This document shows, piece after piece, positions 55,154 through 64,000 of a stretch of 64,000 bases of DNA. The notes beneath the pieces are model-generated. The model was not told the DNA's origin. It worked only from the letters and a program-made list of their open reading frames with translations, and did no database searches. The DNA is from Octopus vulgaris (taxonomy: Eukaryota): positions 32,674,001 to 32,738,000 of the forward strand of contig OX597818.1 of NCBI GenBank assembly GCA_951406725.2, given 5' to 3'. Position 1 is the stretch's first letter. Each line of letters begins with the position of its first letter. The translations under genes and the position numbers were made by a program.

Positions 55154-55304
55154 AATATTTAGAAATAGTATATTTCTGCGTGAGTCTACAAAATGATGTG
55201 TGCTTGTATATATGACGTATATATACTTGAGCGAGGGCGTTCATTTTGTGTATAATGCGCATGTGCAATATACATACATATATATATACGTATATAAATA
55301 TATA

Positions 55305-55711
<407 letters not shown>

Positions 55712-55886
55712 TCATATGATTTTTCTACTACTACTATTATTTTTACTATTATCATTTCTTAAATATGATAATGAATATGTTTCATGGTACTCATTTTATC
55801 AACCTTAAGAAAGGAATAAATGTAGAGTCGATCTTCGCAGCATTTGAACTGAGAATGTAAAGACACGAAATACTGCTAAACATCTA

Positions 55887-56518
55887 TTAAATCATATTAT
55901 CTCTGGTTGCCCAGTCCTGGCTAAGAAGGAATATATTCACAGACATGACAGAGTTGGAACCTACATACACTGGAAGCTATGCCAACATTACGGAATAACA
56001 ACAGAAAAAGATAATATAGGCACACACCAGAAAAGGTCACAGAAAACGAGAAAGCAACCATACTCTGGGATATGCCGATACACACAGATAGAGAAATTAA
56101 GGCCAACAGACCAGATATAGTTGTCAGAGATCATGAAGAAAAAAATGCTTTCTAATTGATGTATCAATACCGGCAGATGACAACGTGTCTCTAAAAGAAA
56201 TGGAGAAACTCTCAAAATACAAAGACCTGGAAATAGAGGTAACCAGAATGTGGAATCTAAAAACAGAAACAATTCCTATCATAGTAGGTGCATTAGGCAT
56301 GATAAAAAAATATTCAGACAAATACATAACAAAAACACCAGGACTTACAAACACATATAACATACAGAAAACTGAACTACTAGGCACTGCACACATCCTA
56401 CGCAGAACACTTTCCATACAATAACCATCAGAGCATCACAACAAATCACAGCACATACCTAAGGCACACAAAGCTGCGCTCGGTAGTGAAGTAAAAGCAC
56501 GCTATAAAAATAAAACTA

Positions 56519-56522
<4 letters not shown>
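55887..56522 (+). mobile_element. 5'-truncated R4/Dong-clade non-LTR retrotransposon (RLE domain) ending in (TAA)n
   Basis: Translates HIISGCPVLAKKEYIHRHDRVG..ILWDMPIHTDREIKANRPDIVV..LIDVSIP..EKLSKYKDL..PIIVGALG..LLGTAHILRRTL* (end of CCHC, RHD, PD..D) with two frameshifts. The 3' end runs into (TAA)n. Confidence 0.92.
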
Positions 56523-56582
<60 letters not shown>

Positions 56583-56613
56583 TTAATAATAATGATAATA
56601 ATAATAATAATAA

Positions 56614-56614
<1 letters not shown>

Positions 56615-56644
<30 letters not shown>

Positions 56645-57024
56645 AAGAAGAAGAAGAAGAAGAAGAAGAAGAGGAGGAAGGGGAAGAGAAGGAGGAGGAA
56701 GAAGAAGAAGAAGAAGAGGAAGGGGAAGAGAAGAAGGAAGAAGAGGAAGTAGAAGTAGAAGAAGAGGAGGAAGGGGAAGAGAAGGAGGAAGAAGAAGAAG
56801 AAGAAGAAGAAGAAGAGGAAGGGGAAGAGAAGAAGGAAGAAGAGGAAGTAGAAGTAGAAGAAGAGGAGGAAGGGGAAGAGAAGGAGGAAGAAGAAGAAGA
56901 AGAAGAAGAAGAAGAAGAGGAAGGGGAAGAGAAGAAGGAAGAAGAAGAAGAAGAAGAAGAAGAAGAAGAAGAAGAAGAAGAAGAAGAAGAAGAAGAAGAA
57001 GAAGAAGAAGAAGAAGAAGAAGAA
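56615..57024 (+). repeat. Purine-rich (GAA)n-based compound repeat with a ~100-bp higher-order unit
   Basis: The unit containing GGAAGTAGAAGTAGAAG recurs at ~56746 and ~56845. Confidence 0.92.
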
Positions 57025-57881
57025 ACGAACGTATCAAACCAAACAGAGGACAGGAAAGAAAGACAAAAGCAAAACGGAAGAATAGAGGAATAAAAAGAAC
57101 GAACGGGTGGGACCTAATTGTGGTTCACTGAGCTATTTGTGGAAAATAGGATATGAGGACGGCTGTTTAATTTTTTAACAGTACCGACACGAAATCTTTT
57201 AGAGCACTAAGATCTAAATTGTAAATAGATGTAAATGTCCCAAGGAAATAAGAACCAGATTGTGAAACAAATGAATAAATACATAAATAACTAAATATAT
57301 ATCAGTAGAATAATAAACAGCCATATAAAAAATAAAATCATTGAAACAATTTTTTTTTTCATTAAGCCTGGTTCGCGAAAGAGGATATAAGTATTATCCC
57401 TCTTAAGATAACAAAATTCAACAACAATTTTTTTTATGTCAGAAATAGTTTTAAAAAAAAACATAACCAACAAACTCAACAATATACTTAATATTTTATA
57501 ACTCTTTGCTTTTTTTTTTTATTCTGTTGTTGTTTTAATTATAAATAGCGAGTATTATCTTAATTTTATTTTTGGTCGAGTTGTCGTTTCGGTATTTTTT
57601 ACTCTTTTACTTGTTTCAGTCATTTGACTGCGGCCATGCTGGAGCACCGCCTATAGGTATGTGTTATGTATTATACATTTCATTTCAGCTTTTATTCGTT
57701 ATTCTAAATTTTTATACTTATTAGTATGTATGTATGTATGTATGTATATGTATGTATACCCAATATTTTCATTTTAGTAAAGTACACATCTAACTTTTAT
57801 ATGAAAACTGTAGACAGTAACAGCAAGTAACTGTATGTGTGTTTGTGATGTTTCTATTTACGCATGTGTATACGTATATCT

Positions 57882-58176
57882 GTGGAGGCAGATGACCTCG
57901 TAGTTAGAGCAGTGAACTAGCGGTCGAGGGATCGTGGTTTCGAATCTCAGACTGGGCGATGTGTGTATTCATGAGGGAAACACCTAAGCTCCGCGCGGAC
58001 TGGCAGAAGGTTATGGCGAACTTCTGCTGACGCTTTTGCCACATTTTTCTCTTACTCTTTCCTCCTGCATCTAGCAGCTCGCCTGCGATGGACTAGTCTC
58101 CTGTCCAGGTGGGGAACCTATATGCCAATGAAACCGGGAAACCGGCCCTCATGAGTCAGGCATGGCTGGAGAAGGA
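57882..58176 (+). mobile_element. SINE family D (V-like tail)
   Basis: tRNA-like head plus CCTGCGATGGACTAG..CCTGTCCAGG tail. Confidence 0.85.
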
Positions 58177-58204
58177 ACAAACAACAGTATGTATGCATGC
58201 ATAC

Positions 58205-58277
<73 letters not shown>

Positions 58278-59414
58278 CACACACACACACACACATAATA
58301 TTGTATTCAGAACAAGTTATTGAATTTTTTTTCATTGACAATCAGTATGTAATTCACTCCATTGCAATCTAGAGTTTCAAGCTCCCATGATACATGCACG
58401 GCAGTTCGGACAATATTCTACTAATTACAATTTAGCAAACCTGTGTCAGATATGAAGCCGTATGGTTGTTTCCACGGTTTCCTTGTAAGCGAATATGTGT
58501 GACCCTGAAATATGTTCATCAACAAAGAGCTACTGCATGATGCTCGTTGAACCTTGTAGTTCATACCTTTGATGCAATATGCAGTGAATAAATTAGATGT
58601 TTGGAAGAAATCCAAAAGAAATATTTTCTGATGTCGAAAACTAGAGAATACCTCTGATCCTCGGTTAATTGATATTGTAGGTTGTTTTAATATCTGGAAC
58701 TTTTCAGTTAACCATAATCTGAATTTTAGGAACCATTCATGCGTGAAGTACCTTTGTCAAAATTTCTCCATGTTATCACAATATGTTCCGATCTGCAATT
58801 CCCGTGTTTTGAAACAAAATGCGATACTGATTAACATTTTTCTTCTTTCCTCTAAATAAATATTGATGGTGTTATTAGTGACTTTTGTATATGTTCACAT
58901 TGACTCCTGTATCATATCTATGAGTAGTATCTTTGGGAATTCTAGATGCGCTTAAGAGCTCTGCTTTGGAAGATAGGTGGGAGATGTCTAGATTTAAGCT
59001 TTCAATGCTCCTATGATGTGATTGGGTCTCAAAGCAAGTAACGTTATCCAGGGAGAATTAGTTGATCTTAACGTTAAGGAATTTGTATTTCTATGTCTGA
59101 AAATGCTTTCTTAATAAAGATAATTTACGATTATATTAGTGAATACAATCACGTCAACCCAGTCCACTTTTTGCTTTCTTTATGGGACAAGGCAGTGATA
59201 CTTGTATATTATTTTCTCACCAGAGCCATGCAGCTAGCGCATGTTATAACGTCTTGGTAAAAAATGTTCCGATCTGACAACAGATCTAAAACTCTTATAT
59301 TTAATACAGTTGCAAGAGTCCTAATTGTGACTGTGGTGGAATTTTCCTTCATTAATAGTGTTGCACTTTAGATTTTCATAAGGTTAGAACTTGCGTGTGT
59401 TATGCCATAGAGTT

Positions 59415-59716
59415 GTTTGTTCTTTCTCGAACTATACCTGGCTCATAAGGGCCGGTTTCCCGGTTTCCTTGGCGTATAGGTTCCCCACCTGGACGGGGCG
59501 CCGGTCAGTCGCAGGTGAGCTGCTAAATGCAGGAGGAAAGAATGAGAGAAACTTGTGGCGAAAGAGTCAGTAGAAGTGCGCCATTACCTTCTGCCGGAGC
59601 CGCGTGGAGCTTAGGTGTTTCGCTCATAAATACACACATCGCCCGGTCTGAGATTCGAACCCGCGATCCCTCGACCGTGAGTCCGCTGCTCTAACCACTA
59701 GGTCATGTGCCTCCAC
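59415..59716 (-). mobile_element. SINE family D (V-like tail)
   Basis: 13-bp TSD ATGCCATAGAGTT at 59402-59414 and 59717-59729. Confidence 0.9.
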
Positions 59717-60509
59717 ATGCCATAGAGTTAGGTATCATTAAATTGGTTCTAATTAATTTTACTCTAACTCTTCTCTTCGTATATTTGATAATATTTAATT
59801 CAATCTATCCGTAGCATTGACATTCATGAGGGATTTTTAAGCCACTGGTAAAATGTGGTACCAGGGATGGTGCACTCTTTGATTGAGTTAAGTATAATAA
59901 AGGTCACGAGACTGACTCCAGCAACTCTATTATATCTCTCTTTGTGTCGACCAAAGGTCATCTTTTATGTAATACGAAAAGATCGTGACGTAACTTTAAC
60001 TTTTAAGACTGCATTATTATATCCCGTTGCGTCTTACTGCTCGAGGTAGATGTAAAGAAAGTTCACCCTAGCAATTCCGGTGAATCTGGAAGATGTTTTG
60101 TTGTCGGCTTAATAACCGTAGAAATGTGATTCTTGGGCCCTAGTCCCTTAGTACGTTAAAATTTAATATTAACAGCACTAAGAATTTGCTTGCTTAATAT
60201 TCCAAAATCACTCTCAGAAGGTTTAATTAACTTGTTTTGGGGGCTGACAAAAATGGCTTTGACGACTAAAAACGATAAAAAGTTTGCGCTAAATGATACG
60301 GTTTTCTAATTTCATCTCGGAAGATAAAATTTTATCATTTCACAATTTTTATAGAATGATAAGTAATGAGCTGTGTTTTTATACGTTAATAATATTATTT
60401 ACCAGAGTTTTTTTAATGTACAACGTTGTTTATATATAGCTGTGTGTACCCACACACCCGTGTTTATGCGTGCACACACACGCGTCTATACAGATACACT
60501 CACTCTCTC

Positions 60510-60897
60510 TCTTTTACTTGTTTCAGTCATTTGACTGTGGCCATGTTGAAGCACCGCATTCAGTCGAGCAAATCGACCCCAGGACTTATTCTTTGTAAGC
60601 CTAGTACTTATTCTATCGGTCTCTTTTGCCGAACCATTACGTTACGGAGACGTAAACATACCAGCATCGGTTGTCAAGCGATGTTGGGGGTGGGGGGACA
60701 AACACAGACAGGCAAACATATACACACATACATATATACGACGGGCTTCTTTTAGTTTCCCTCTACCAAATTCACTCACAAGGCTTTGGTTGGCCCGAGG
60801 CTATAGTAGAAGACACTTGCCCAAGGTGCCAGGCAGTGGGACTGAGCCCAGAACCATGAGGTTGGTAAGCAAGCTACTTACCACACAACCCCTCCTG
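60510..60897 (-). mobile_element. SINE family A
   Basis: Reverse complement of the consensus. Confidence 0.92.
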
Positions 60898-60941
60898 TGT
60901 TTGTAGTTATGAATATAGTGTTGCACTTTTGCGTTTATAAA

Positions 60942-61115
60942 TAAAGGGAAAGTACTTAATATATATAAAAAATAGTGTGTATATCTTAGAAGCTGAAACG
61001 TCTAAATCTGTAACTGTGTTTTAAAGGGAAAGTACTTAATATATATATATATATATATATATAAATAGTGTGTATATCTTAGAAGCTGAAACGTCTAAAT
61101 CTGTAACTGTGTTTT
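60942..61115. repeat. Local tandem duplication (80-bp period)
   Basis: TAAAGGGAAAGTACTTAAT...CTGTAACTGTGTTT occurs twice; the second copy has an expanded (TA)n. Confidence 0.92.
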
Positions 61116-61569
61116 ATGCTGACAGCTATATGACAGCTTGCTGCATCACAATAGACACATCATATGACGCTTTAAATGTTTGGCGATAGAGATTTCTTTA
61201 ATAGTCTTCCGCCACAAAATGAAAAGAAGAAACGTTATACAATGAAGCAATATTCTCTTTCACTGCCACAGACAAAATATGTCCTATATTTATCTATACA
61301 CATGTAAAAATAAATGATATTTCCATATCAATTTTCTATGTGTAATACTAGACCTGAAAACAAATGCGATGACTATTGCTAATGAAGCATTTGTATTGGT
61401 AAATAACTGAATTTTATTTTCTGTCATAGTATGGCTGTCATTCAAAGCATAGCAAATGCATTCTATGTGAAATACACTCTAATTTAGCCATTTAGTATTT
61501 GGACATTTCTCCATAAATATCGTAGGATGGATTTTAGGTTTGTGAATAGATAAAAATCTACGTCACATA

Positions 61570-61993
61570 GGCGCAAGAGTTGCTGTGTGGTAAGAAGCTA
61601 GCTTACGAACCACATGGTTCCGGGTTCATTCCCACTGCGTGGAATCTTGGGCAAGTGTCTCCTACTATAGCCTCGGGTCGACCAAAGCTTTGTGAGTGGA
61701 TTTGGTAGACGGAAACTGAAAGAAACCCGTCGTATATATGTATATATATATATGTATGTGTGTGTATATGTTTGTGTGCCTGTGTTTGTCCTCCCTCCCC
61801 AACATCATTTGACAACCGATGCTGGGGTGTTTACGTCCCCGTAACGTAGCGGTTCGGCAAAAGAAACTGATAGAATAAGTACTAGGCTTCCAAAGAATAA
61901 GTCCTGGGGCCGATTTGCTCGACTAAAGGCGGTGCTCCAGCATGGCCTCAGTCAAATGACTGAAACAAGTAAAAGAGTAAAAGAGTAAAAGAG
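61570..61993 (+). mobile_element. SINE family A (full length)
   Basis: Consensus match with a short GTCACA flanking duplication. Confidence 0.92.
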
Positions 61994-62166
61994 TCACAGA
62001 TTTACTTCAGCAGAGATTACTCTATGCAGAAATCCTTCATTTCCATGATGGTGGTCGATCCTTTTTATGTGAATTAAATAATGGCTACAAACCAGAAGTT
62101 GTAAGGAAGCAGTTCACGGCCGTATGCAAAGAAATGGATTAAAAGATAACAGTAGACATAAATGTA

Positions 62167-62583
62167 GGATCTTTTCGGTTTGAACGGCAGTTTTTTCTAG
62201 CGGTGTCATATGAAATTGTCACTCATAATTATGACTCTAGTACCGATCTATTGCATTTCAATCTGTTTTAGGGTTAGGGTTAGGGGTGGGGGGAAGGGTA
62301 CCTTTTTTTCTTTAGAAATGTAAATAAACCCAATCTGTTTCTTAAACGAGGGACATATTCATACGGCACATAATGTTTTCACCCCAATAGATGTCATTGA
62401 TTGGTTGAAATTGCAGAAATTGAAGAAAAAAAACAACAAATATCTTACACACTATAGAATTTTCTCAATAAAGCCAAGAGAAAAAGATGTTTTATAAACA
62501 CATTCTACCAGTATACGAAGTTTAAAAGTGTTTAGTTACGTGGAAATTGTTTTAAAAAACTGCCGTTCAAACCGAAAAGATCC
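62167..62583. mobile_element. Young MITE with perfect 30-bp TIRs and an 8-bp TSD
   Basis: TIR GGATCTTTTCGGTTTGAACGGCAGTTTTTT and its reverse complement. TSD TAAATGTA at 62159-62166 and 62584-62591. Confidence 0.92.
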
Positions 62584-63177
62584 TAAATGTAAGTACAATT
62601 AATTTCTTAAATATAAGTATAGATTTAGATACCGGTAAATACCACCCCTCAAGCGGACCCAACTGCAGCATATTAATAAAGATTCTAACAATCCTAAGTA
62701 ATCCTTAGAAGCACACCCTTTCATGATGTTCATAATTACGATGATGCGTTAAAATACAGAGGCTTCAAAGTTAAAATGCATTATATACGGAGGAGTACTG
62801 ATATATAAAAACACATACATAACCACATACATACAAAAGGGAAACGAAATGTTATATGATACAATCTTCCATGCACCTTCATTGTTTGTTCCAATGATGT
62901 AAATTTTTTTCTAAACTTTACATATACGCAATTCTCTGAGTTTCTTATTCATCATAATTACTTAATTAGAGATGGCGTCAAGATGGACTACAATTGAACT
63001 AGAATCTTCGCTGCTTCCACAGCCGATACACAACGGAGATAAACCTTTTAGTATTAACATGCAAATCTACAAGATGTAATTGCAACAATCCTCACATTCC
63101 TGAGAACTGCACGTATGATTCCGAAGTATTAATTTTTCGAACTAAAAACGTAATGAAACAAAGGCTACATTTACATT

Positions 63178-63566
63178 ACTCTTTTACTTGTTTCAGTCAT
63201 TTGACAGTGGCCTTGCTGGAGCACCGTCTTTAGTCGAGCAAATCGACCCCAGGACTTATTCTTTGTAAGCCTACTACTTATTCTATCTTTTGCCGTACCG
63301 TTAGGTTATGGGGACGTAGACACACCATCATCGGTTGTCAAGCGATGTTGGGGGGACAAACACAGACACGCAAACATATACACATATATATATTCATATA
63401 TACGAAGGGCTTCTTTCAGTTTCCGTCTACCAAATCCACTCACAAGGCTTTGGTCGGCCCGAGGCTATAGTAGAAGACACTTGCCCAAGGTACCACACCA
63501 TGGGGCTGAACCCGGAAGCATGTGGTGGGTAAGCAAGCTACTTACCACACAGCCACTCCTACGCCT
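63178..63566 (-). mobile_element. SINE family A (full length)
   Basis: Reverse complement of the consensus. Confidence 0.92.
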
Positions 63567-63796
63567 ATACCTATGAGTAAAAAACCTTTGCAAAGAAATT
63601 TAGGCAACATATGTATACATTGAGGCATTCAAAGAGATGCCTCACCTTCTCAAAATTCAAACATATCTGATGTTTAAAACATGATAATATTCACAGTTAT
63701 AAATTTGTGTGTTTCTTTATAGAACAAGCTTCTCCAATGCAATAATGGCTCCAGAAATTGTGATTTTTGATTCGGCAATGTATAATATCCTATTAC

Positions 63797-63953
63797 TCTT
63801 GTACTCTTTCGCCCCAACTTTCTCTCACTGTTTCTTCCTGTTTCTTGGGTAACGCTGCGATGGACTGGCGTCCTGTCCAGCTGGGGGAAACACATACACC
63901 ACAGAAACCAGGAAACCGGGCCCATGAGCCTGACTAGGCTTGAAAAGGGCGCA
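63797..63953 (+). mobile_element. 5'-truncated SINE D (V-like tail)
   Basis: GCTGCGATGGACTGGCGTCCTGTCCAG...GGCTTGAAAAGGGCGC followed by an A-rich tail. Confidence 0.85.
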
Positions 63954-64000
63954 TAAATAAAAAATAAATTAATAAATACTTCATCAGAAATAGCTACCTT

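Noticed and set aside
56185-56424. ORF as a host gene
   Set aside because: It is the C-terminal part of the frameshifted R4/Dong retrotransposon ORF.
58420-59390. Possible decayed PLE/LINE RT on the minus strand
   Set aside because: It has LINE-like strand asymmetry, but I could not read any diagnostic motif reliably.
62268-62292. True telomere or chromosome-fusion relic
   Set aside because: Only three TTAGGG units are present, inside a TIR element bounded by a TSD.

Overview
This is AT-rich, repeat-dense animal genomic DNA; the SINE and microsatellite content looks like a coleoid cephalopod (octopus-like), which is an inference. I found no intact protein-coding gene. Almost all ORFs in the track are translations of microsatellites or SINE bodies. 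The window contains: at least four tRNA-derived SINE lineages that swap head and tail modules; 3' fragments of several non-LTR retrotransposons (R4/Dong-type with an RLE endonuclease, RTE, a CR1/L2-like family, a probable Tx1/L1 tail, and a Penelope-like GIY-YIG); deleted Tc1/mariner elements; several TIR MITEs; and a Helentron-associated (HINE-like) element. The most interesting unannotated layer is a set of short non-coding elements, mostly anchored in (TA)n/(CA)n microsatellites, carrying minimal type I hammerhead-ribozyme (HHR) motifs and long fold-back inverted repeats. The motifs include one intact copy, several core variants and one split by a micro-inversion. This pattern fits a Penelope-like or retrozyme-type system. 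A few repeat-free, motif-rich islands are candidate cis-regulatory elements. All calls were made by eye, without database searches or folding software.
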